The notes beneath the pieces were generated by a model. It saw only the letters and a list, made by a program, of their open reading frames with translations. It did not search any database and had not been told where the DNA came from. A program made the position numbers and the translations under genes. DNA of 46,946 nucleotides. It comes from Pedobacter sp. (GTDB lineage Bacteria; Bacteroidota; Bacteroidia; Sphingobacteriales; Sphingobacteriaceae). Positions 8,910 through 18,148 of the stretch are shown here, piece by piece (position 1 is the first letter of the stretch; every line of letters starts with the position of its first letter). The stretch spans positions 1 to 46,946 of the forward strand of contig JAYVNR010000098.1 in the NCBI GenBank assembly GCA_043758305.1, in the 5' to 3' direction.

Positions 8910-10022
8910 ATGTCTGTTAAACAATACCCATTTTATATAAAAAGCACGGTTATACTTTTTGGCATAACGCTGTTGAGCTATGCACTTTTTAACCTTAAAA
9001 GCATTTTTTCGCCCTTAGCTTTTGCCATTATTATTGCCATCCTGTTAAATCCACTGGTGAACAGGGTGCAAAAGAAAAAAGTGCCTCATGTATTGGCTAT
9101 TTCGCTTGCAATACTAACTGCAATTGTAGTGCTTGGAGGTGTATTGTATTTTTTGGCAACACAGGTATCCCGTTTTAGCGAAACTATCCCTATGCTAAAA
9201 GAGAAATTTAATAGCTTATCGGTGGTTTTTCAAAATTGGCTGCAAAGCGATTTTGGCATTCCGAAGGAAAAGCAGCTGAAAACCATAACGGATATATCCA
9301 AAAATGGACAAGCCTATCTTACTACAGCACTGGGGGATATTCTGGGAACATTTGGATTAATATTACTAGTGCCAGTATATGTATTTATGCTGCTTTTGTA
9401 CAAGCCGTTAATACTTAGTTTCTTGTACAATGTTTTTTCTGTAGAGCATTCTGACAAGGTTGCAGAAATATTAAGCCAGACTAAAATGGCTATACAAAGC
9501 TACATGGTTGGCTTGTTGCTTGAAGCTATGGTAGTAGCCACCATGAATTCTATTGCACTATTGCTGTTAAATGTTCAATATGCTATTCTTCTAGGGGTTC
9601 TGGGCGCAATATTAAATGTGCTTCCTTATGTTGGGGGCATAATTGCTATCGCCCTTCCAGTTGCAATGGCAACGGTGACATCCGATGGCTATTCTACTCA
9701 GTTAGGAGTTGTTGGGGCTTACATGCTGATCCAGTTTATTGACAATAATATCCTGGTGCCCCGCATAGTATCATCAAAAGTACAAATAAACGCCTTGGTT
9801 TCTATTGTAGTAGTATTGCTTGGAGGTGCCCTGTGGGGCATAGCGGGAATGTTTTTATCAATCCCCACCATAGCGATTTTAAAAATAATATTCGATAGGG
9901 TCAACGAGCTGAAGCCCTGGGGAAAATTGCTTGGCGACGAAATCCCAACGGTCAAAAAGCGCTTCTGGAAACGGCGCAAAAAGGAATCCGTTTCAGAAGA
10001 TATGGTAGAAAAATCTACTTAA
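8910..10022 (+). CDS. AI-2E family transporter (PerM/YhhT-like permease)
   Basis: 370 aa with about 8 TM segments. NVLPYVGGIIA and F...N.LVPRIV motifs are typical of the UPF0118/AI-2E family. Confidence 0.8.
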   Translation: MSVKQYPFYIKSTVILFGITLLSYALFNLKSIFSPLAFAIIIAILLNPLVNRVQKKKVPHVLAISLAILTAIVVLGGVLYFLATQVSRFSETIPMLKEKFNSLSVVFQNWLQSDFGIPKEKQLKTITDISKNGQAYLTTALGDILGTFGLILLVPVYVFMLLLYKPLILSFLYNVFSVEHSDKVAEILSQTKMAIQSYMVGLLLEAMVVATMNSIALLLLNVQYAILLGVLGAILNVLPYVGGIIAIALPVAMATVTSDGYSTQLGVVGAYMLIQFIDNNILVPRIVSSKVQINALVSIVVVLLGGALWGIAGMFLSIPTIAILKIIFDRVNELKPWGKLLGDEIPTVKKRFWKRRKKESVSEDMVEKST

Positions 10023-10076
10023 TCCATCAATAGCTAATACAAGTTGCCACTCCGTATGTGAGCAACAACTAATTCG

Positions 10077-11033
10077 CTAAAAAATCCCCTCGGCAATTTT
10101 ACGGGTTGGCTCGGGGTTGCTCATAGTATAAAAATGCAATACAGGTGCGCCCAATTCAATCAATTCTTTGCACTGGTGGATCATCCACTCAATGCCCAGC
10201 TCTTTAACCTCTTTCTCTGATTTGCATTTCTGTATGCCATCGCTCAGTGCCTCGGGCATATCTAGATGAAATATTTTTGGCAGGCTTATGAGCTGCTTTG
10301 ATGATGTAATAGGCTTTAACCCAGGTATAATGGGCACATTAATGCCATTTTCGCGGCAAAGTTTTACAAAATCGCTGTACTTGCTGTTGTCGAAAAACAT
10401 TTGCGTAACTATAAACTCCGCACCCATCTCAACTTTCTGCTTCAAGAATTTAAAATCGGTAGCCATGTTTGGTGCTTCGAAATGCTTTTCAGGATAGCCA
10501 GCAACGCCGATACAGAAATTGGTTTTAAAGGATGTGTCGTGGTCTTCGTGCAAATAAACGCCATTGTTCATGTTCACAACCTGCTCTAAAAGATCGGTAG
10601 CGTAGGCATGTCCGCCCGGAGTAGGGATAAACGAAGCATCGGCATGGCGGGCATCGCCGCGAAGCACCAAAACGTTATCAATTCCCAAAAACTGAAGATC
10701 AATAAGCGCATTTTCCGTTTCTTCTTTGGTAAAGCCGCCGCAAATTAAATGCGGTACCGCATCTACTTTATATCTATTCATGATAGCAGCGCAAATGGCC
10801 ACAGTTCCCGGGCGCTTGCGGTAGGAAACTTTCTCTAGTAAACCGCTGTCGTGCTGTTTGTAGATATAGTCCTCACGGTGATATGTTACATCAATAAATG
10901 GCGGATTGAATTCCATTAAAGGATCTATCGCATCGTATATTCCCTCAATGCTCTTCCCTTTTACAGGTGGCAGCAGTTCGAAGGAGAAAAGTGTTTTGCC
11001 TTGTGCGGCGGTTATGTGTTCGGTAATTTTCAT
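10077..11033 (-). CDS. metF: Methylenetetrahydrofolate reductase
   Basis: FSFELLPPVKG, DVTYH, VPHLIC, NVLVLRGD and FIVTQMFFD motifs. Confidence 0.92.
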   Translation of the reverse strand: MKITEHITAAQGKTLFSFELLPPVKGKSIEGIYDAIDPLMEFNPPFIDVTYHREDYIYKQHDSGLLEKVSYRKRPGTVAICAAIMNRYKVDAVPHLICGGFTKEETENALIDLQFLGIDNVLVLRGDARHADASFIPTPGGHAYATDLLEQVVNMNNGVYLHEDHDTSFKTNFCIGVAGYPEKHFEAPNMATDFKFLKQKVEMGAEFIVTQMFFDNSKYSDFVKLCRENGINVPIIPGLKPITSSKQLISLPKIFHLDMPEALSDGIQKCKSEKEVKELGIEWMIHQCKELIELGAPVLHFYTMSNPEPTRKIAEGIF

Positions 11034-11036
11034 AGT

Positions 11037-11069
11037 ATTAGTTGTGGGTGTTCGGTTGTATGTTGTGGG
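11037..11069. repeat. Left arm of the imperfect inverted repeat flanking the four-helix-bundle gene
   Basis: attagttgtgggtgttcggttgtatgttgtggg matches the reverse complement of 11588-11620 at 26 of 33 positions without gaps; the first 14 nt match 13/14. Confidence 0.65.
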
Positions 11070-11080
11070 TGGTTGCTAGC

Positions 11081-11455
11081 TTATGATTGTTGGTTACTAT
11101 AATATCTAATGAACCCATTAAGCAGTTTTCTTACAACTATCAGGCCCTCTAATATAGGCTGTAAATCAGCTACGGAAATGTAATTTAAATCAGAGGACAA
11201 GTATAGTTGAGTTTCTAACTCGTACAATGAACCTCGTGCAATATAGAAAAACTGGGAACTGTCCTTTTTATGATTTCTTCCACATCCTTCAGCAATATTG
11301 GAGGGAATAGACACTGAGCATCGTCTCATTTGACTTACTAGCCCATATTGCTCCTCCTTTGGAAAAGATTGAGTTAGTGAATAGATTATCAACACAAGTT
11401 TACGTGCTTCCTTCCAAACATCTAATTCGATATGGCTTTTATAATTGTCAGGCAT
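11081..11455 (-). CDS. Four-helix-bundle protein (23S rRNA intervening-sequence protein family)
   Basis: 124 aa. L.VW..A..L...IY..T..FPKEE.YGL.SQMRR..VSIPSNIAEG..R....D...F..IA.GS..ELETQL is the hallmark of the TIGR02436 / 23S_rRNA_IVP family. Confidence 0.85.
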   Translation of the reverse strand: MPDNYKSHIELDVWKEARKLVLIIYSLTQSFPKEEQYGLVSQMRRCSVSIPSNIAEGCGRNHKKDSSQFFYIARGSLYELETQLYLSSDLNYISVADLQPILEGLIVVRKLLNGFIRYYSNQQS

Positions 11456-11587
11456 GGAAATCTCGATAAACTTTATTTACTGCACAACCGGCACACATCA
11501 CAACCCAACTCTAGCGGCATTCAATTATATGTTTTCCCAGCCCCACAAAACGCAACTCACTTCCCGCAAATTAAACGCTTTTCAGGT

Positions 11588-11620
11588 CCCACAACCCAAA
11601 ACACACCACCCACAATTAAT
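11588..11620. repeat. Right arm of the imperfect inverted repeat; it overlaps the metH stop codon (11616-11618)
   Basis: cccacaacccaaaacacaccacccacaattaat, the reverse-complement partner of 11037-11069. Confidence 0.65.
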
Positions 11621-14600
11621 ATCCCAAATTCGGGCTCAGCCATCGCTCTGCTTCCTCAAGCGACATGTTTTTACGTTTTGCGTAATCCTCAACCTGATCT
11701 TTGCCAATTTTTCCCAAGCCAAAATAACGCGATTGTGGGTGGGCAAAGTAGAAGCCGCTTACAGCTGCTGTTGGGAACATGGCAAAATTCTCTGTGAGCT
11801 GCAAACCAATAGTTTTCTCAGCATCGAGCAAATTGAACAACGTACGTTTTTCGGTGTGATCCGGGCAAGCTGGATAGCCTGGCGCCGGCCGAATACCGTT
11901 ATATTTTTCTTTGATCAGCTCTTCGTTGCTCAAGGTTTCGTCCTGTGCATAGCCCCAATAATCTTTTCGCACTAATTCGTGCAAGTGCTCAGCGAAAGCT
12001 TCAGCTAATCTGTCTGCTATCGCTTTGATCATGATACTGTTGTAATCGTCATGGTTTTTCTCAAACTCAGCTACTACCTCATCAATGCCAATACCTGCGG
12101 TAACCGCAAACCCGCCAAAATAATCTTGTATTCCGGTCTCTTTCTGAGCAACAAAATCGGCTAGGGCATAATACGGCTCGTCTTTAGCTTTTTCTGCCTG
12201 TTGGCGAAGAGTATGGATAATGGTGGGTTGTGAGTTGGGGGTTGCTGGTTGTGAGCCCGGACTTTCAGACTTTCCGTCTTCCGGTCTATTTTCAACTTGC
12301 AAAACAATATCGTCGCCTACTGCGTTGGCCGGCCAGAATCCGAACACGGCATTAGCTTTAAGCAATTTCTCATCTATCACACGTTTCAACAATTCCTGTG
12401 CGTCGTCAAAAAGCTTTTTAGCTTCATCTCCAACAAACTTATCTTCAAATATGCGGGGATAGCTTCCGCGAAGTTCCCAGGTATGAAAAAATGGAGTCCA
12501 ATCGATGTATGGCACCAAATCTTCCAATGGATAATCTGTAAGCACCTTTGTACCAGTAAACTTGGGCGCAGGAGGAATTGAACCGTTTAAATTTATCTGA
12601 AATTTATCTCTCCTTGCTTCGTGGATTGACTTAAAACGCTTATCGTTTTGTTTGCTTAAATGCACTTCCCGGGCTTTGTCGTACTCCTCACGGATGCTTT
12701 TCATGAAACCATCCTTATTTTCATCATTCAATAAGTTGGTGCATACGCCCACGCTTCGCGAAGCATCTAAAACATGCACCGAAGCGCCCGAATAATTTGG
12801 AGCAACTTTTACCGCGGCATGTATGCGAGAGGTTGTTGCGCCGCCAATCAACAAGGGAATTTTCAAACCCTCACGCTCCATTTCTTTGGCAAAATGCACC
12901 ATCTCGTCTAGCGAAGGCGTAATCAAACCGCTTAGCCCAATAATATCTACATTGTGCTTTTTAGCTTCTTCAAGGATTTTCTGAGCTGGCACCATTACGC
13001 CAAGGTCTATTACCTCGAAGTTGTTGCAGGCTAGGACTACGCCTACTATATTCTTGCCGATATCGTGCACATCTCCTTTAACTGTAGCCATTAAAACCTT
13101 CCCGGCGTTCTTCCGACCGGAGCCATCTCCCTCTCCAGAATCAATAACACGCTGCTTTTCCAATTCTATGAACGGCAGCAAGTAAGCCACGGCTTTTTTC
13201 ATAACTCTTGCCGATTTTACTACTTGTGGCAGAAACATTTTCCCCGCACCGAACAAGTCGCCAACAATGTTCATCCCATCCATCAAAGGCCCTTCAATTA
13301 CCTCAAGAGGCTTTGAATATTGTTGCCGAGCTTCCTCGACATCTTCATCCAGATATTCGATAATGCCTTTGACCAATGCGTGCGAAAGGCGTTGCTGAAC
13401 CGGGGTTTTGCGCCATTCTTCATCACGTACTATTTCTTTACCTTTTGATTTTACTGTTTCGGCAAAATCAACCAGCCGTTCTGTAGCATCGTCTCTACGG
13501 TTCAACAAGACATCCTCAACACGTTCCAGCAAATCTTTTGGTATCTGGTCATATACTTCAAGCATCCCGGCATTCACAATGCCCATATCCAATCCCGCTT
13601 GAATGGCGTGATATAAAAATGCTGAGTGCATTGCCTCGCGTACCGTGTTATTTCCCCGGAAGGAGAACGAAATATTGCTCACGCCACCACTCACTTTTGC
13701 TAATGGAAGGTTTTGCTTTATCCAGCGGGTAGCTTCTATAAAATCTACTGCGTAATTATTATGCTCTTCTAAACCGGTAGCTACGGTCAAAATATTCGGA
13801 TCGAAAATAATGTCCTGTGCCGGGAAGTTTACTTCATTCACCAGTATGTCGTAAGAGCGTTTGCAAATCTCTATCCGGCGCTCGTATGAATCTGCCTGCC
13901 CTTGCTCATCAAACGCCATTACCACAACTGCAGCACCGTATTGCTTTATTTTGCGGGCGTAGTTCTTAAAATTTTCTTCGCCTTCTTTCAGCGATATGGA
14001 GTTTACAACACTTTTGCCTTGCAAGCATTTCAAGCCTGTTTCTATCACGCTCCATTTAGATGAATCTACCATAATAGGCAGTTTTGCGATATCTGGCTCG
14101 GATGCTATCAGGTTCAGGAATTTGGTCATTGCTGCTTCCGAATCCAGCATCCCCTCATCCATATTCACATCTATAATCTGCGCTCCGCCCTCTACCTGCT
14201 GACGGGCAACGGTAAGAGCTTCTTCAAACAGGCCACCTAAAATGAGCTTGGAGAACTTAGGAGAACCGGTAACGTTGGTACGCTCGCCAATATTTACAAA
14301 ATTGGTTTCAGGCGTTAAAGTAACGGGTTCTAAACCACTCAAACGTAGATATGGCTCGGGTGTAGGCGGTACACGAGGCGGATATTTCGCTGCCTTTTCT
14401 GCGATGCACCTGATGTGATCGGGCGTTGTGCCGCAGCAACCACCCACAATGTTCACAAATCCATGCGATATAAAATCTTCAACATAATGAGCCGTTTCGT
14501 GCGGCACTTCATCATATGCACCAAACTCGTTGGGCAATCCAGCATTTGGATATGCAGAAATAGAGCAGCCTGCTTTTTCTGAAAGCTCTTCAATGTGCGG

Positions 14601-15392
14601 GCGCATCTCTCTGGCACCAAGCGCACAATTCAAACCAATGCTTAAAATATTGGCGTGGTTTACGGAGTTTAAGAAAGCTTCTACGGTTTGCCCGGAAAGG
14701 GTACGGCCGCTGGCATCGGTAATGGTGCCGGAAATCATGATTTCGAGCCTCCTCTCCCTAAATCCCTCTCCGGTAGAGAGGGACTTCGCCTGCTCGTTTA
14801 GCTCGTCCTCATATTTCTTGGTAGCAAAAAGAGCCGCTTTGGTTATAAGCGTATCCGTAATGGTTTCAAATAAAAGCACATCAGCTCCGCCATCAACCAA
14901 GCCTCTTATCTGCTCGTAATATGCATCAACCAGCTCATCAAAAGTAACGGCACGGTAGCCTGGGTCATTCACATCGGGCGACATGGATGCCATTTTGGTT
15001 GTTGGGCCTAAAGCGCCGGCAACAAAACGTGGCTTGTCAGGATTTTTGGCTGTATATTCTGCGGCAATTTCTTTAGCGATGCGGGCACCTTCAAAACTCA
15101 TCTCGTACGACCATTCTTCCATTTGGTAATCAGCCATGGAAATGCGCTGCGTACTGAATGTATTGGTCTCTATAATGTCTGCGCCAGCATCTAAATATTC
15201 GGCATGGATGGCTTTGATAACATCCGGGCGGGTAATGTTCAACAAATCGTTATTTCCCTTTACATCGCAGGGATGGTTTTTAAAACGCTCGCCCCGAAAA
15301 TCTTCTTCAGTAAGCTGATAGCGTTGTATCATGGTGCCCATTGCACCGTCTATAACTAAAATGCGTTTTTGTAGTTCTTCTCTAATGCTCAT
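11616..15392 (-). CDS. metH: Cobalamin-dependent methionine synthase
   Basis: Full four-module architecture: Hcy-binding (GGCCGTTP), pterin-binding, B12-binding ([10 protein letters not shown]) and AdoMet activation ([15 protein letters not shown]). Start taken at MSIREEL (15392); the 16-codon extension to 15440 is unconserved. Confidence 0.95.
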   Translation of the reverse strand: MSIREELQKRILVIDGAMGTMIQRYQLTEEDFRGERFKNHPCDVKGNNDLLNITRPDVIKAIHAEYLDAGADIIETNTFSTQRISMADYQMEEWSYEMSFEGARIAKEIAAEYTAKNPDKPRFVAGALGPTTKMASMSPDVNDPGYRAVTFDELVDAYYEQIRGLVDGGADVLLFETITDTLITKAALFATKKYEDELNEQAKSLSTGEGFRERRLEIMISGTITDASGRTLSGQTVEAFLNSVNHANILSIGLNCALGAREMRPHIEELSEKAGCSISAYPNAGLPNEFGAYDEVPHETAHYVEDFISHGFVNIVGGCCGTTPDHIRCIAEKAAKYPPRVPPTPEPYLRLSGLEPVTLTPETNFVNIGERTNVTGSPKFSKLILGGLFEEALTVARQQVEGGAQIIDVNMDEGMLDSEAAMTKFLNLIASEPDIAKLPIMVDSSKWSVIETGLKCLQGKSVVNSISLKEGEENFKNYARKIKQYGAAVVVMAFDEQGQADSYERRIEICKRSYDILVNEVNFPAQDIIFDPNILTVATGLEEHNNYAVDFIEATRWIKQNLPLAKVSGGVSNISFSFRGNNTVREAMHSAFLYHAIQAGLDMGIVNAGMLEVYDQIPKDLLERVEDVLLNRRDDATERLVDFAETVKSKGKEIVRDEEWRKTPVQQRLSHALVKGIIEYLDEDVEEARQQYSKPLEVIEGPLMDGMNIVGDLFGAGKMFLPQVVKSARVMKKAVAYLLPFIELEKQRVIDSGEGDGSGRKNAGKVLMATVKGDVHDIGKNIVGVVLACNNFEVIDLGVMVPAQKILEEAKKHNVDIIGLSGLITPSLDEMVHFAKEMEREGLKIPLLIGGATTSRIHAAVKVAPNYSGASVHVLDASRSVGVCTNLLNDENKDGFMKSIREEYDKAREVHLSKQNDKRFKSIHEARRDKFQINLNGSIPPAPKFTGTKVLTDYPLEDLVPYIDWTPFFHTWELRGSYPRIFEDKFVGDEAKKLFDDAQELLKRVIDEKLLKANAVFGFWPANAVGDDIVLQVENRPEDGKSESPGSQPATPNSQPTIIHTLRQQAEKAKDEPYYALADFVAQKETGIQDYFGGFAVTAGIGIDEVVAEFEKNHDDYNSIMIKAIADRLAEAFAEHLHELVRKDYWGYAQDETLSNEELIKEKYNGIRPAPGYPACPDHTEKRTLFNLLDAEKTIGLQLTENFAMFPTAAVSGFYFAHPQSRYFGLGKIGKDQVEDYAKRKNMSLEEAERWLSPNLGY

Positions 15393-15521
15393 ATTTTTTA
15401 GATAGGAGAAATTAGATGTGAGATATGAGATATGGCGCAACAGAGGCGTCTCAAATCTATTGTCTCAAATCTATTCTCTCGATGTGCTTTTCGGAAAGGC
15501 CGGTTGGAAACTGACTTTCAA

Positions 15522-15619
15522 CTTATCTGTTCCGCCAACGGGCGGATAGAATGTAGCACCTTGTAAGCACAGGTTGCTAAGACTTCGCAGGGTCTAATCC
15601 CTCTGTCTTTCTGAATAAG
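15522..15619 (-). promoter_or_regulatory. SAM-I (S-box) riboswitch aptamer in the metH leader
   Basis: The minus strand reads CUUAUUCAGAAAGACAGAGGGAUUAGACCCUGCGAAGUCUUAGCAACCUGUGCUUACAAGGUGCUACAUUCUAUCCGCCCGUUGGCGGAACAGAUAAG. P1 is CUUAU/AUAAG. The GAGGGA, GACCC, AGCAACC and GGUGCUA.AUUC cores and a CCGCC/GGCGG P4 hairpin are all present. Confidence 0.85.
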
Positions 15620-15882
15620 CACTGCAAAGATGGGGAATAAAGTGGAGAAGTGCAAGAGGGCTAAGATCTGCAGATGGGTTGGATTTGTAGATGCGCAGAT
15701 GAGATAAGGTTTGTTCACGCAACGAAACAATGGCGCTGCGTCTCTGCCCCGTTGCGCCTTTGCGTGAATTGCCACTCCATGAGCCCGTTAAGATGGATGT
15801 GCCGATGGGCAGTATGTGCAAATACATGGCAAAAAAAAGGTCGGTTGCCTACCGAAGATATATTATGCCTGTGCAATCACTG

Positions 15883-16617
15883 TTACTTCCTGCTGCCGAA
15901 CAACCTTAACAACATCAGGAACATATTGATAAAATCAAGATACAATCTTAATGCTCCCATTACAGCCATTTTTTGAAGAGGGGCATCTCCATATTCTTCG
16001 CCAGAGCCAATGCGCTTAAGCTTTTGAACATCGTAGGCAGTTAATCCCACAAAAACGGCTACGCCAATAAAGCTGATGATATAATCTAACTGGCTGCTTC
16101 CAACAAACATATTCACAAGCGATGCAATCACTATCCCGATAAGGAACATAGTCAATAATGCGCCAAATTTAGTTAAATCCATGCTGGTACGGTAGCCTGC
16201 AATTGCCATAACGCCAAACAATGCGCTGGCAGATAAAAAACAGGTGAAAACAGATGAAGACGTATAAGCAAGCAGGATAAAGCTTAAGCTGATGCCAGTT
16301 AAGGCAGAATACAGCACAAATATTGCAGCTAAGGCAGTATAGGATAGCTTATTAAATCCAAAAGACATTGTTAGCACGAAAACTAATGGGGAAAACATAG
16401 CAATAGTGCCTAACATAGTCCGTTGACCGGTTTGTAAATTTATAAGCAATCCAAGCAGGCTGGCATCTGTGGCGAAAAAATAAGCACAGGTTGCAGAAAT
16501 GCCCAGCGCAACAAACATCCAAAGAAATACACTGCCCATAAATTTTTGGGTATTGCTTTTTTCGTCTTGTAACTGGATAACGTTTTTGTATGTGTAATCA
16601 GGATTGTTGGTTTCCAT
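15883..16617 (-). CDS. Bax inhibitor-1/YccA family membrane protein
   Basis: 244 aa, 7 TM segments. The C-terminal YLDFINMFLMLLRLFG motif is typical of BI-1/YccA. Confidence 0.85.
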   Translation of the reverse strand: METNNPDYTYKNVIQLQDEKSNTQKFMGSVFLWMFVALGISATCAYFFATDASLLGLLINLQTGQRTMLGTIAMFSPLVFVLTMSFGFNKLSYTALAAIFVLYSALTGISLSFILLAYTSSSVFTCFLSASALFGVMAIAGYRTSMDLTKFGALLTMFLIGIVIASLVNMFVGSSQLDYIISFIGVAVFVGLTAYDVQKLKRIGSGEEYGDAPLQKMAVMGALRLYLDFINMFLMLLRLFGSRK

Positions 16618-16640
16618 ATTTATTGGTTTATTCTATTTGT

Positions 16641-17207
16641 TTAATTAAGCCGTTTAACTAATTGTTCTTCTACTTTTAAATAAAGCTGCAGTGGTTTAAG
16701 GTTTCGCCAAATGGTATCATCCAGCTGGCCTCCAAAATTAATAAAGTAATCAATATTATTTCGCTTAAACTCCTCAATCACATGTTCGCGGAAATTGATG
16801 CCCGCAATCCAGCCATCTTCTACATCCTGAAACCATTCTTCGTAATAACAATCATCTGATGAATGGAAATTTAAAACATTCTCCCCTATCAGGATAAATT
16901 TATTGATGCCTTCATCAATCATCAGCTCTATTATTTCGCGTTTAAGCAGCATGATATCGTTATCTATGGCATCGTTCCATTCGCCAATAAATTCAATGAT
17001 GCCATACCCGCTCTCATAATCGGCAAAAAGAACTTTTATATACAGGGTATTGGAGCCGAAAGAATCCCATTGTGGGTGAATGTAATAGTTATAAACCTGC
17101 TTATCAAACTGAAATTCGCTGTACTGTGTTTCATATAAGGGCGATCTTTCGTCTTCGGAAGCAATATAATCATCCCGCCACCTGTAAAATGGTTCTATCT
17201 CGTGCAT
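16641..17207 (-). CDS. Hypothetical cytoplasmic protein, acidic, function unknown
   Basis: 188-aa ORF tightly packed between the BI-1 gene and murQ. No motif recognised. Confidence 0.55.
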   Translation of the reverse strand: MHEIEPFYRWRDDYIASEDERSPLYETQYSEFQFDKQVYNYYIHPQWDSFGSNTLYIKVLFADYESGYGIIEFIGEWNDAIDNDIMLLKREIIELMIDEGINKFILIGENVLNFHSSDDCYYEEWFQDVEDGWIAGINFREHVIEEFKRNNIDYFINFGGQLDDTIWRNLKPLQLYLKVEEQLVKRLN

Positions 17208-17209
17208 CC

Positions 17210-18049
17210 TTAGCCTTTGAAATTTTCTACTGCTTCACGCACATTACCATACCTTTCTAACAAAACCTGTGCTGCATCAACATCCAGCCCCGTTGCCTTC
17301 ACCACCATATCAACGGCACGCCCAACCAGTTTATGATTGGTAAGCTGCATGTCGAACATTTTATTTCCTTTTACTCTGCCCAATTGTATCATTACAGCCG
17401 TGCTGATCATATTGAGCACCAACTTCTGGGCTGTGCCCGATTTCATTCTGGTAGAACCAGTAACAAACTCCGGACCTACTACCACTTCGATAGGAAAACT
17501 GGCTTCTGCTGCCACCGGACTACCCGAATTGCAGACAATGCATCCGGTAACAATTCCGTGTTTGTTAGCCATTTTTAATCCTCCAATTACATAAGGCGTT
17601 GTGCCAGAGGCTGCTATGCCAATTAATACATCTTTATCGCAAATGGCATATTCCTGCAAATCTATCCAGGCTTGTTCAAAATCATCTTCGGCAAACTCTA
17701 CAGCACGGCGAATGGCAGTATCGCCACCGGCAATTATCCCTATCACCCAATCAAAAGGTACGCCATACGTTGGCGGGCATTCTGACGCATCAACAACTCC
17801 CAACCTACCGCTTGTGCCAGCTCCTATGTAAAAAAGCCTGCCCCCTTTTTTCATCCTTTCCACTGTGGCAACAACAAGCTTTTCTATTTTCGCCAATTCT
17901 TTTTCTACAGCAAAAGGAACAGTTTTGTCTTCGTTATTTATTTCCCTAAGCAGCTCGGCTACGGGCATCTTTTCCAAATCATTGTAAGCTGAATCTTCCT
18001 CTGTAGTCCTCTTCATTTCCATTACCGGCAAGTCTGACAAAATTGGCAA
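17210..18049 (-). CDS. murQ: N-acetylmuramic acid 6-phosphate etherase
   Basis: SIS-domain motifs GGRLFYIGAGTSGRLGVVDASECPPTYG, GIAASGTTPYV and STRMKSGTAQK. The true start could be the internal MEM (18022). Confidence 0.85.
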   Translation of the reverse strand: MPILSDLPVMEMKRTTEEDSAYNDLEKMPVAELLREINNEDKTVPFAVEKELAKIEKLVVATVERMKKGGRLFYIGAGTSGRLGVVDASECPPTYGVPFDWVIGIIAGGDTAIRRAVEFAEDDFEQAWIDLQEYAICDKDVLIGIAASGTTPYVIGGLKMANKHGIVTGCIVCNSGSPVAAEASFPIEVVVGPEFVTGSTRMKSGTAQKLVLNMISTAVMIQLGRVKGNKMFDMQLTNHKLVGRAVDMVVKATGLDVDAAQVLLERYGNVREAVENFKG

Positions 18050-18148
18050 TAATCTTTTGTTGCTGAAAGTATGTTGATTATAAAATATATTACGTTATCC
18101 TGTTAAATACCGCTAAAACATAAACCATTTGATTATTTTAGCGGTAGA

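Noticed and set aside
11432-11975. Plus-strand ORFs of 121 and 176 aa across the metH 3' end and cassette arm
   Set aside because: The translation is low-complexity Pro/Gln/Thr-rich sequence from CACAACC repeats, antisense to well-supported metH.
15393-15440. 16-codon N-terminal extension of metH ([16 protein letters not shown])
   Set aside because: It is encoded by the atatctc repeat region and is unconserved. MetH homology begins at MSIREEL.
15441-15620. Expected cobalamin riboswitch upstream of B12-dependent metH
   Set aside because: The conserved cores present (GAGGGA, AGCAACC, GGUGCUA, CUUAU/AUAAG P1) are those of SAM-I. No B12-box was seen.
15518-15976. Track ORFs 15518-15775(-), 15594-15827(-) and 15674-15976(+)
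   Set aside because: They overlap the riboswitch, the repeat-like non-coding DNA and the 3' end of the BI-1 gene. They have no recognisable motifs and look like chance ORFs.
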